Virus record (IMG/VR): IMGVR_UViG_3300042507_002862
Coordinates: 1 to 60,520 of that record
DNA: 60,520 nt
Source: a virus
Lineage: Duplodnaviria > Caudoviricetes
Reading direction: 5' to 3' (one strand)
Part shown: positions 1 through 9,500 of the stretch, in pieces
Layout of the letters: every line of letters starts with the position of its first letter
Numbering within the stretch: the first letter of the stretch is position 1
Position numbers and translations under genes: made by a program
The notes under the pieces: generated by a model
The model's input: only the letters and a program-made list of their open reading frames with translations
Database searches by the model: none
What the model was told of the DNA's origin: nothing

Positions 1-489
1 GGGCGGCGCGCCCGCAAGAAATTTGTGACGCGAGTGGACGTTCAGGGATCCCTGACCCTCCCGTATGTGTTTAAGGCGACGGTGAACGATGACTGCACTA
101 TCAAACTCTGGGAGCAGGATTTGACGCTGTCTGTTGATCTGGCCACCGACGCTCCGACCGACGCCATCGACTACTTGGCCCCATGACGTGTACTAATCCC
201 GGCCGGTGCTGCAACCGCGCGGACTGCACAACCGGAGTGGCCCGGTGCAACTGCAAGGCATGCAGCGGCCTGTCTTGGTCATCAGACAATGATTGCAGGG
301 ACGGTGCCTGTTGGCTGAACGCGGACGGCGTTTACTCCTGCATCCAAACCAACCCATGCGACTGCGTGTACCGGGGCGGTGAATTTGCAGGAGCCGCCAC
401 CACTTGCCCAGGAGATGGCTCTGGCCCACCACCACCACCCCCTCCCCCTCCGCCGCCGGAAGACCCGGGGCCTATTCAGTCTTACTGCT
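1..489. repeat. Terminal direct repeat / circular assembly overlap, copy 1
   Basis: 1-489 aligns without gaps to 60032-60520, with 8 substitutions at 127, 135, 199, 250, 275, 322, 332 and 362. Confidence 0.97.
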
Positions 490-956
490 GCGATAGTCAG
501 AGCGGCATGTGCTACCAAGAGAATGCCGGGTTCTGCTCAGACGGGCGGCGGCGGTTCACGTCGATGGCAGCGTGCGTCAGCAGCTGCAGGGCGAACACCG
601 ACCCAGACCCTCCGCCTGACCCGGATCCGACGCCCTGCGACCCACCGTGCGGCGCATGCCAAGATTGCGTCAGTGGCGTATGCGTCAATCGATGCAGCGC
701 CAGCCAGTGCTGCAATGGCGTTTGCTGCGCAGCCAATGAGACGTGCGTCAATGGCGTGTGTACTCCCGCTTCAAATTGCACTGGCTCTTGCCGGTGGCGA
801 CTTGATCGATTGGCTGAAGATGGCACGCCGCTGTGGTGGACCCTGCTTTCCGCCTGCACTAGCTCCGGCTGCGATTGCAATGGGCCGACCACCAACCCAG
901 GCGTAGGCGGCATCGCCGTGACGCCCTGCTACAGAGTCGGTAACTCTTTCCCATGA
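183..956 (+). CDS. Cysteine-rich protein with poly-Pro linkers (possible virion-associated protein)
   Basis: 257 aa with repeated CC/CxC/CxxGxC motifs; ATGA-coupled to the upstream ORF across the circular junction and to the downstream ORF. Confidence 0.7.
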   Translation: MTCTNPGRCCNRADCTTGVARCNCKACSGLSWSSDNDCRDGACWLNADGVYSCIQTNPCDCVYRGGEFAGAATTCPGDGSGPPPPPPPPPPPEDPGPIQSYCCDSQSGMCYQENAGFCSDGRRRFTSMAACVSSCRANTDPDPPPDPDPTPCDPPCGACQDCVSGVCVNRCSASQCCNGVCCAANETCVNGVCTPASNCTGSCRWRLDRLAEDGTPLWWTLLSACTSSGCDCNGPTTNPGVGGIAVTPCYRVGNSFP

Positions 957-1378
957 TCGAAGGACCGCGACACCACTTTGAAGCCCGCTGCCGCGAACGC
1001 GGCTACGACCTCGCCACCGCCATGAAGTCGGTAGTGGAAGTGCGTGGCGACATCTACGTAGTGGACGAAACGCACCCCAACTACCCCCGCGCCAAGGAGC
1101 CTGCTGGCCCAGGCACGGAACTCAAAGCCCTGCTGAAGTACATCGGAATTGTCGCCACCCCCAATTGTTCTTGTAACGCCCGTGCCGCAGAGATGGATCG
1201 CCGGGAAGCGGAAACCCCCGGATGGTGTGCGGAAAACATCGAAACCATCTTGGATTGGCTGAAGGAACAGGCCGATGCCAGGGGGCTTCCCTTCGTCCGA
1301 ATGGGCGCAAAAGTGCTTGTTCGACGGGCAATTTCCAATGCGCGAAAGAAAGCTGCCCAGAAGGACAATAACAAGTAG
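953..1378 (+). CDS. Hypothetical phage protein (GPGTELK...CSC motif)
   Basis: 141 aa, ATGA overlap, protein-like composition. Confidence 0.75.
   Translation: MIEGPRHHFEARCRERGYDLATAMKSVVEVRGDIYVVDETHPNYPRAKEPAGPGTELKALLKYIGIVATPNCSCNARAAEMDRREAETPGWCAENIETILDWLKEQADARGLPFVRMGAKVLVRRAISNARKKAAQKDNNK
1363..1378 (+). promoter_or_regulatory. Putative phage late promoter motif GGACAAT-N6-TAG
   Basis: Matches the motif seen before 20188, 34887, 36840, 44058 and 49730; directly precedes the RBS of 1388. Confidence 0.45.
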
Positions 1379-1387
1379 GAGAACACC

Positions 1388-2728
1388 ATGGCTACTTTTG
1401 GAAACTTTGATAAGACCTGGGGGTCGGTTAATGCCGGCGTGGGGGCGGCGGCGCTCCCAGAGGTCTACAAGACACAGCAGGTTCTGGCAGCACAGCCCGC
1501 AGCCTTTGCCGATCAGCGGCAGAAGAACTACGGCAATTTCGTCCAGGGACAGAACGGCTACATGCAGGCCCTGGCTGGCCTTGGCAACTCCTATGCCAGC
1601 AACTATGGGGCCTATGCCGCCGGGCTTGGTAATGTCGCCCAGGCGCAGGCTAACGCGCTGAATAACCAGAACGCCCAGAACGGCTACAACTCCATGGCAG
1701 CTGCTGCTCAGCAGGGCGCCATCGGCAACATCGGCTCCGCGGCTCTTGGCGCGGCCGGTTCCGCCACTAGTTCCGCCATGCAGGCGTGGGCGCAGAACCA
1801 AGCCGCTTACAACAAGGCGATGTCGGATCTGGGTGCGGCCAATCAGACCGGCCTGAGTCAGCTGGGCCAGAGCAGAAACAACGCCATCGGATCTTTGGGG
1901 AACTCCTACGCCAAGGCTGGCCTTGGGTTCGGCATCGCCAGTTCGCTCCCCGGCCTGTTCGGTGGTGGTGGCGGCGGCAGCGGCGGTGGATTCCAGGCCA
2001 CTGGGCCGGAAGGCTCCTTGGCCTCTGGCACGTATGGGTCTGACGCTCCCGCGGCGCCCCAGACGAATGGTGCTTTGAGTGGCATGCTGGATCGCACCAT
2101 GGCCGGGCTGGATTCCGTGCGAGGCGACCTGAACTCCACGGACATTGCCGACCGACTGGATCGCAACTATGCCGGCGGCGTCAACACGCTTACCGGCCAG
2201 CACATGTCCTCGCGCGGCATGCCGTCGCAGATGATGGGCCAAGCGTTGAGCGGGCTCTATGGCATGAATGCACTGAACCTGGATGCTTCAGAGCGGGGCA
2301 TGCAGGACTACTACGCCAACCAGACCCGCCCGCGCGACCCGCAGAACATCAACGTCACGGACGTTTTGTCTGGCCTGACCTATGGCTACGGCGACTCCGC
2401 GAACCGGCTTGGTGGCGTGCAGGGCCAGATGGGCTCCGGGTGGAACGACGCTAAGTCTGCCTATGGCGACTCCAACAGGTTTATCGACAACACCTACAAG
2501 ACCACCATCGGCAATCTGCCGCAGTGGAAGACGCCGACGCAGAACATGCTTGAGGCTCGCAAGTCCCAGCTGACCTCTGGCCTCATGGACTCCATGATGG
2601 AGGACCGCATGCCCAACGCGCTGAGTGACTTTCACAAGTCTTATTATGGTTTTGACACGCGCGCGCAGCAGGTTGCCAAGATGCGTGATGCGCTTGCGTT
2701 CGCCAACGGTCAGCTGGGGGCTGCATGA
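1388..2728 (+). CDS. Putative internal virion / DNA ejection protein (Gly/Ala/Gln/Asn-rich)
   Basis: 446 aa, AGGAG RBS, low-complexity helical composition, located after tail genes as in podoviruses. Confidence 0.6.
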   Translation: MATFGNFDKTWGSVNAGVGAAALPEVYKTQQVLAAQPAAFADQRQKNYGNFVQGQNGYMQALAGLGNSYASNYGAYAAGLGNVAQAQANALNNQNAQNGYNSMAAAAQQGAIGNIGSAALGAAGSATSSAMQAWAQNQAAYNKAMSDLGAANQTGLSQLGQSRNNAIGSLGNSYAKAGLGFGIASSLPGLFGGGGGGSGGGFQATGPEGSLASGTYGSDAPAAPQTNGALSGMLDRTMAGLDSVRGDLNSTDIADRLDRNYAGGVNTLTGQHMSSRGMPSQMMGQALSGLYGMNALNLDASERGMQDYYANQTRPRDPQNINVTDVLSGLTYGYGDSANRLGGVQGQMGSGWNDAKSAYGDSNRFIDNTYKTTIGNLPQWKTPTQNMLEARKSQLTSGLMDSMMEDRMPNALSDFHKSYYGFDTRAQQVAKMRDALAFANGQLGAA

Positions 2729-3069
2729 TTACATACAACAGCGGCCTGCAGAATGCGCCGCCGATCACCGAGGCGCTCCTGTCTTCAGCGAAGACCGACA
2801 TGCTTCGGAAGTCGCCCTACGCTTACCCCGGTTCGCACCAAGACATTCTTAGTGCGCGCGGCCAGGAGAACATGGCGCAGCTGCGGCACTCTGCAGAGAA
2901 GGCCAATACCGACTACGGCCTTCAGCAGCAGCGGGCGCAGAACGACCTGTCTCTTGCTGGCCTGCAGCAGATGGCATCTGCCCAACAGCAGCAGAGACAA
3001 CTGGAAACCTCGCGCGCCGGGGCGGCTATGAATGCCTATAGCGGCTTGCTCTCAGGGCTCTTTGGATGA
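2725..3069 (+). CDS. Gln-rich hypothetical protein, putative ejection protein
   Basis: 114 aa, ATGA coupling, C-terminus LLSGLFG. Confidence 0.65.
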   Translation: MITYNSGLQNAPPITEALLSSAKTDMLRKSPYAYPGSHQDILSARGQENMAQLRHSAEKANTDYGLQQQRAQNDLSLAGLQQMASAQQQQRQLETSRAGAAMNAYSGLLSGLFG

Positions 3070-3485
3070 ACCAGAACAGCGTCACCGTCAACCAGCCGCG
3101 CCCTGCCGGATTCACGCCGCAGACCACGCAGTCGGTATTTAACAACAACTACGCCAATGCGATGGCAGCGGGCGACCCTCGCTTCAACGTGAAGCAGTAT
3201 GACCGCGGCGGGATGTCGCGCGGTGGTGGGCAGTGGGGCCAAGCGGGCATTGATGCCTCGCAGAAACTGGCGTCTGGGATTGCCGAGGCGTACAGCCAAA
3301 AGGCCGGCGATGCCACAGCCAACGCAAACACGCAACTGCAGGGTCAGCAGCAACAGCAGCAGTACGCCCAGCAACTCGGCGCGCTTCAGCAACAACAAAA
3401 CAACGACAACGCCATGATGGCACTGCAACGACAGCAGCAGCAGATGAGCTTCGTCAATTCGCTTCTTGGAGGCTTGCTTAACTAA
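3066..3485 (+). CDS. Gln-rich hypothetical protein, putative ejection protein
   Basis: 139 aa, ATGA coupling, C-terminus LLGGLLN. Confidence 0.65.
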   Translation: MNQNSVTVNQPRPAGFTPQTTQSVFNNNYANAMAAGDPRFNVKQYDRGGMSRGGGQWGQAGIDASQKLASGIAEAYSQKAGDATANANTQLQGQQQQQQYAQQLGALQQQQNNDNAMMALQRQQQQMSFVNSLLGGLLN

Positions 3486-3778
3486 TGGCCCGCATCGACT
3501 TTGACCTGGATGACCTGACGCAGGCTGGCCTGAAGAGGCTGGTGAAGCAGCTGCTCGCCGCCAGCGACGAAGAGGAAAAGAAGATCGTCGCCAAGCTGGG
3601 CAAGCACAACGACTCTGAAGAGAAGTCAGAGGGCAAGCCACACAAGCAGAAGAACGATCTAGCCGATCTCCATGACGAGATGCACGGCAAGCCCAACACC
3701 CCGATGGTCGAAGACGATGACGGCCCGCTGGACGGCGAAGAGATGCCCGAGATTCCGAAGAAGAAGGGGAAGAAGTAA
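3485..3778 (+). CDS. Highly charged hypothetical protein
   Basis: 97 aa, TAATG coupling on both sides. Confidence 0.7.
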   Translation: MARIDFDLDDLTQAGLKRLVKQLLAASDEEEKKIVAKLGKHNDSEEKSEGKPHKQKNDLADLHDEMHGKPNTPMVEDDDGPLDGEEMPEIPKKKGKK

Positions 3779-4869
3779 TGCCCAACCCTGCGCGTTACGC
3801 GGATGACGCTGTCGATGCTATTCGCCGCATGCTCACGTCAGGTGGCGTTGTGCTTCCACCCCCGGGCGCTGCGCGAGCCGCCGCCGAAGTGGTTATCGAC
3901 CCGGCCATTGCCGCCCGCGCCGCAAGGCAGGCTGAGCTTCCTCTGGGTGACATTCCAGCGCCGTCCGCCCCCACGCACCCAGGCGCCTATCTAGACCGCA
4001 TGAGGACCGCGCACTGGGTTGACGCCACAGAGGGCTCTAGAGGCCCGCATAACATTTTCCCCGACGTTGCGCCGCTGGACCCGCAGTCGGCCCCAGACCT
4101 TCAACTTGGCTCGCCGCTCTGGAATCAGATGGATCAGCGGGCCACCGCATACGACAACCTCCTGAAGGGGCGCACTGCAAACCTTCGCAACCAGCCGTTC
4201 GCCAAGCCCGCCCAGGCTGCAATCCAAGAGGCCAATGCCAACTCCTCCAAGATGCGTGCTGCCATGGAGGCGTCCGCCCAGCGCGGCGAACTCATGCAGG
4301 ATGTTGCCCTTATTGGGGCCGGCGTAGCTGGTGCTGGCGCGCTAGGAGCAGGTGCGCTTGCTCTGTCTGGTGCTGGCGGTACGCCGGAAGCCGCAGCCAC
4401 TCCCCCCAAGGCTGCGCCTCCCGCCGCGGCGCCGAAGCCTACTGCCGCGCCCCCCAAGCCCGCCGGCGACGAGCCGCTGACCTCCACGGAAGGAACGGCA
4501 GACCTTGCTAGCGAGGCTCGCCCGGCACCTGCAGTGCAGTCTTCCACCGACCCGCGCGAGCAGGCCCAAGAACTGATCGCTCAGCTGAACCAGATGCGGC
4601 GGCAGGCTGGCGGCGAGGTGCCAGAAGCCAAGCAGATGACGGCGGAGATCAACCGGCTGTTGGCTCTCAGCAATCAGAAGCGCAACGCCACGCCTCCGCA
4701 GCAGGGGGCCAGCGATCCGCACAGCCAAGCCCAGGCTCTCATCGCTCAGTTGAACGAGATGCGCCGCAAGGCGGGCGGTGAAGTTCCGCAGGCCCAGCAG
4801 ATCATGGCTGAAGTGCGAAGGCTTCAGGCCATGGGCGACCAGCAACGCAACGTAGCACAGACCCGATAG
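3778..4869 (+). CDS. Putative internal virion protein with a hydrophobic Gly/Ala segment and two 46-aa C-terminal repeats
   Basis: 363 aa; repeats encoded at 4549-4686 and 4714-4851. Confidence 0.7.
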   Translation: MPNPARYADDAVDAIRRMLTSGGVVLPPPGAARAAAEVVIDPAIAARAARQAELPLGDIPAPSAPTHPGAYLDRMRTAHWVDATEGSRGPHNIFPDVAPLDPQSAPDLQLGSPLWNQMDQRATAYDNLLKGRTANLRNQPFAKPAQAAIQEANANSSKMRAAMEASAQRGELMQDVALIGAGVAGAGALGAGALALSGAGGTPEAAATPPKAAPPAAAPKPTAAPPKPAGDEPLTSTEGTADLASEARPAPAVQSSTDPREQAQELIAQLNQMRRQAGGEVPEAKQMTAEINRLLALSNQKRNATPPQQGASDPHSQAQALIAQLNEMRRKAGGEVPQAQQIMAEVRRLQAMGDQQRNVAQTR

Positions 4870-4877
4870 GAGATACG

Positions 4878-6521
4878 ATGTCCATTGATCTCAGGCCCAG
4901 CACCGTTGATCCGCTTGACGCTTCTGCCACGCCGATCACGCCCGATCCGGTTGTGAGAACCAGCACCGCCCCGGGGCGTGGCTGGACTGTGCGTGGGAAT
5001 GTGACTCGCGACGAGATGGTGCGACGGTATGTGGCTGCGGGGCTTTCTCAGGAAGACGCCGAGCGGTTGGCGGACGAGGAGTTGGCCCGCAGTGGTGACC
5101 GTCCGCGTGGCCTGTACGACCAGGACAACACGCCCGAAGGCAACGCCGCATTGGCGCAGCGCGTGCAAGGCGACAAGCGTGCGAAGGACCGGCAGGCGCG
5201 GTTTGAGTCCGACTACAACGAGGCTACTGGCGCGCCGGTGGGGCCCGACATCGCGCCGCCGGCATTGGCGCCCGACGATATCCCGCTGACGCCAGAGCAG
5301 TTGCGCGCCAAGGGCTACAACCCCATGCGAGAGCCGGGAGTCCGCATGCCTGACGGTTCTCGCGTTGCACCTCCGCAGCCGTTGTACACCGAGCGCGAAG
5401 CCCGCGATTACAACATTCGTACGCCCGTTGGTGACGGCATGTACACGCCGTCTGGACGAGACAGGGACATGGAGGCCCGAGGCTATCGTCCGGTTACCAA
5501 TCCCGATGGGACGGTCGCGTATCGGCTTTCGCCCACTGGTGGGGTTGACGGTCTTCCTGGCACGCCCGGCCGGGCCGGTCAGCGGCATGACATGGAAGCC
5601 CCAATGCTGGATGAAACAGGCAATCGCATCATCGGCCCCGACGGCCAGCCGGTCGCTAAGTTCAATACAGACGTGCTGCCCGGCCCGATCTCGCAGAACA
5701 ATGTGGTCTATAAGCAGACCGACTTGGCGAGGCGGCGGCAGGCTGCATACAACTCCGAGCGTCAGCTGTACCGCATGGCCGCTGCGGCCAATATGACGCC
5801 CGCCGAGTTCAGGGCGAAGCACCCGGAATTGTTCACCGACCTAGAGGTGCCCGTTGGTCCCGGCGCCTCTCAGCCCAACGGCCAAGGGCAGTTCATCGCC
5901 CAGCAGGGTGCCCCTGCTGCGCAGGGCGCCGCCAAGCCGCAACTAGTGCGCTCTGGCGTGGGCGCACGGATGGAAGTGCAAGCTGCCCGACAAGCTGATG
6001 CCGAAAAGCGCGAGTCGGCATGGCGTTCGCAGATGATGCTGGCCGGACGCAACCCCGCCAAGAATGCCGTCAATGCCTTCAACGCTCTGGGCGATCCAGC
6101 GATGAATGACTGGCAGCGTGCCGTCATGGCCAATGCTTTGCGCCCTGACATGGACAACACCACCCCGCTGACCGTCGATGCGATGGGTGCGCAGAACGCC
6201 ATGCGGCTGTTGAACGGAATTAACCTTGGTGCTGCGGGTGGACTTGGTGGCCCTGCCGCCGGCATCGCGGCGGATGCGGCCAAGCAGCAACGGCGCGACC
6301 GCGCCAAGACAGAGTTTGATACTTGGCATCAGTCTAACGTGGGCACGCGGGCGTACTCGCAGGGCGACCATGACCGAATGGTTAATTACATGATGAACCA
6401 ATACGGTCTTAGCAGGCCAGAGGCTGAAGCAATAGCGCAGTCGCACGGCCGTCCGGTCGCCACTACGCCCGCCAAGCCGCCGGATGCCGTAGACGCACTG
6501 GAGCCGTCGTACTCCTACTAA
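4878..6521 (+). CDS. Putative internal virion protein
   Basis: 547 aa, AGGAG RBS; function inferred from position only. Confidence 0.6.
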   Translation: MSIDLRPSTVDPLDASATPITPDPVVRTSTAPGRGWTVRGNVTRDEMVRRYVAAGLSQEDAERLADEELARSGDRPRGLYDQDNTPEGNAALAQRVQGDKRAKDRQARFESDYNEATGAPVGPDIAPPALAPDDIPLTPEQLRAKGYNPMREPGVRMPDGSRVAPPQPLYTEREARDYNIRTPVGDGMYTPSGRDRDMEARGYRPVTNPDGTVAYRLSPTGGVDGLPGTPGRAGQRHDMEAPMLDETGNRIIGPDGQPVAKFNTDVLPGPISQNNVVYKQTDLARRRQAAYNSERQLYRMAAAANMTPAEFRAKHPELFTDLEVPVGPGASQPNGQGQFIAQQGAPAAQGAAKPQLVRSGVGARMEVQAARQADAEKRESAWRSQMMLAGRNPAKNAVNAFNALGDPAMNDWQRAVMANALRPDMDNTTPLTVDAMGAQNAMRLLNGINLGAAGGLGGPAAGIAADAAKQQRRDRAKTEFDTWHQSNVGTRAYSQGDHDRMVNYMMNQYGLSRPEAEAIAQSHGRPVATTPAKPPDAVDALEPSYSY

Positions 6522-6527
6522 CGGCCC

Positions 6528-9500
6528 ATGCCACGCTCCCCACTCTTTGACATCTATGATCCCGATGGACTCCTGCAACAGCAGGCCCAGCTGGGGTTGC
6601 TGCCTCGCAATGACGAAGAGCTTGACCCTCTAGGCATCGCCCCTCTCGGAAAACGCAAGGCCCAGCTGTCTGACCTCATGCCCGAGGAGGAGAAGCGTGG
6701 CATGCTTCAGACGCTGGCTTCCGCCGGATCGTCTGGCCTTGCGGGTCTGGGTTGGTTGCTTGATACGCCCGGCGCCATAGTTCGCGGCGGCTTGTCTGGC
6801 GGTCCCGGCAAAGCCCTGTCCGCTCTGTGGGATACAACCGATGAGCGCGTGGACGGCCGCGAACTCCTGCGCCAGTACGGCATGGTTGGCGACCAGGATA
6901 ATTGGGGCAACTTCGGCGGCGGGCTGGCGGCTGAGTTGCTTCTGGATCCGCTCACGTACGCTTCGCTTGGGCTCAATCAGATTGTGGGCAAGGGTGCCAA
7001 GACCGCCGCCGGGAACATTGTGCAGACGGCTGGACTTCTGGATGATTTTGGCGTGCATGCTCGCAACGTGCTTGGCAAGGGCGAGCGCGAAGCGTTGCGC
7101 GAGGCTACGGCCCGGTCTGTGCTTGGGGCAGTCCCAGAAGGAGCGGCCAGGGACGCGGCCATGCGCGACTTCTTGGGCGCCGGTGGCACTGAGGCCATGA
7201 TGGATCAGCCTCTTGCCAGAATGAATCGCATCAGCCTTCCTGGCTTCTCGTCCGACGCCACGGACCTGTACGGCAAGGCTATCGGTGACTGGGCGGCGAA
7301 GACTGGCGATGCTCTTGGCGAAAGCATGATGACCAACCCATACACGGGCCGCATCGCCCGTGGGTTGCAAAGTGCTTTCGATCCAAGCGTCATGGGATTC
7401 GTTGACCGCGACAAGCAGCTGGATGCGCAGACGATCATGGCGGCGCGCAAGCAGCGCGAGCGAGCGGATCGCTTGGCTCTGTCGGGCTTGCAGTACGACG
7501 CCAACCAAGCACTCCGTGAAGCAGGGTCTTCGCTCAGCGACACCGACCTGTCTGATGCGCTGCGTGTTGTTGCCGAGGGTGGCGATGCGCCCAGCAGTCT
7601 CTCGCAGTATTTAGACTTGCCTGCCGTTGAGACGCTGATGAACTACGTTAGCGGCTATCGCGACGAGGCTGTTGAGCAGGCAAAAAGACTTGGCCTGCCG
7701 CTGGAGGAGTTCCGTTCTCGCACGGGCGGCGACTGGTTTCCGCGTCAGCAGCTTGCGTTCGACAGGCCGCAAGTGCCCCAATGGCCAGAGGGGACCGTCC
7801 CGCCAGAGCGCCTCAAGAGGCAGCAGACGCGCGGCTCTAAGCCAGTTGCCTTTGACGATAACCTCTCGCGCGGGCGTGACGAGGCGTACGACGTTATGGG
7901 TCAGAGCGACACGCTCAACCGCATGTCCTTGGACGCGGATCTACAGCAGGCTCTGCGAGGTGCCAAGAACGAGGACGTGCGTGGGATCCTAGAGCGGTGG
8001 TTTGCTGATCCCCAGAACAACGTCCCGCCCAAGATGCGAGATGCCTCTCTGGATGACTTCATTCAACGAGAGGACGGGAGCGTCGATTGGTCCCAAGCGT
8101 CCGGCCCCAGCAACGATCTGTACGGCTGGATGGATTCCATGGACGATGAGGGCAACTACCTATATAAGGCCCCTGCGCTCCCCGCCAACCACCCCTTGAA
8201 CCTGCAGGCTCAGTCGTTGCGCGACCAACTGCAAGCTGTCCCGCACGGAAGTAACGACCCAAATCTTTTGTCATCCTTGCGTGCGCAGCTGAGCGCCGTG
8301 TCTGAGCAGATACCGATGGCGGAGCGCGAGGTGTGGCGCGACAAGTTGCACACTAGGCTGGCCGATTTTGTGCGCGGCATGGATCCGCAACACGCGGCCA
8401 CCGGCCTGCCTGTCTTTGGGCAGAACTCTTTCAACGAGCTTTCTCGCTACGTGCTTGGGCGTGGCAGGACAGAGGTCAACGCCCAAGAGATGCTGAAGAT
8501 CCTGAAGCGGCAGGCCGAGAACACGGCAGCTGATGCGGTGACCGGCGGCGTCAACTACACCGCAGCCGATGCCTTGAAGGCACTCGGCATGACCGGAGAA
8601 ACGGCTCCCGACGTTCTTCGCGAGACGCTTGGAGTCAACAGCCTAGATGACATCAGCTTCAACAAGAAGTACATCGATGACTGGTCGAAGACACTAGAGC
8701 GTGGCAAGACGCCGCCGGAACTGTCGCCGCTGCTGGAGTCGTACGACAACTACACCAAGCGGTTTAAGGCGCTGGCACTTCTCTGGCCCTCGCGGTACTC
8801 GCGAGACGCTTATTCTGGCGCGTTCTCTGCCGCCACCAAAAAGGCGTTCAGCCCATCCGACTGGCTGACTGGCACCCAGATCAACAACGGCGACTACGCG
8901 GGCCTGCTTCGCAAGATCAAAGACCTTCCCCGCTACCGCGATCTGCCGACCGACGATGCCAAGCTGCGGCAGTATCTGATCGAACAGGGCGCAGAAGGGC
9001 TTGGCACCTCCACGGCGAACGACGAACTTCTGTCCGGTGCGGGCAACGCCGGGCTGCGAGGCATGTACCCTGGCGCTGTCGCCCCAGAAACCGAATCGCT
9101 ACTGGACCGCGCCAAGCGTGCGACTTGGAGGGACTGGCTGAATCCGTTCTCCATCTCCACGGCCAGCGGCAACACCAATCCCATCCTTGAGGCTGGCGAC
9201 CGAGCGGCTCAGTTCACTGACGCTGGCAATCGGCACGGTTCATACCTGACGCTCATCCGCAAAGGCTACGCACCAAACGAAGCTGCACGCATCGCCAACC
9301 TGACCCAAGTGGACTACCGCCCCGAGGCTTTTACGAACTTTGAGCGCGACGTGCTGAAACGCGCGTTTCCGTTTTATTCATACACCAAGGGCATCACGCC
9401 GCTCATTGCAGACCAGCTTGCCACCAATCCAGCCGGGATGATGGGGCAGTCAATTCGGGCGCTGAACCGCGGAGGGCAGGCGACCGAGCAGAACTTTACG

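Noticed and set aside
426-458. CCA/CCT/CCG run as a phase-variable microsatellite
   Set aside because: Mixed codons encode a poly-Pro linker, and the length is identical in both terminal copies.
1-489. Diversity-generating retroelement TR/VR pair suggested by the two near-identical copies
   Set aside because: The mismatches (C/T, T/G, C/A, A/G, T/C, C/A, T/C, C/T) are not adenine-specific, no reverse transcriptase is present, and the copies are simply the contig ends.
929-2242. Long antisense ORFs (for example 929-2242, 4824-5822, 11350-12336, 36843-37847, 51929-52957)
   Set aside because: They are shadows of well-supported genes on the opposite strand in GC-rich DNA, with no RBS or domain motifs.
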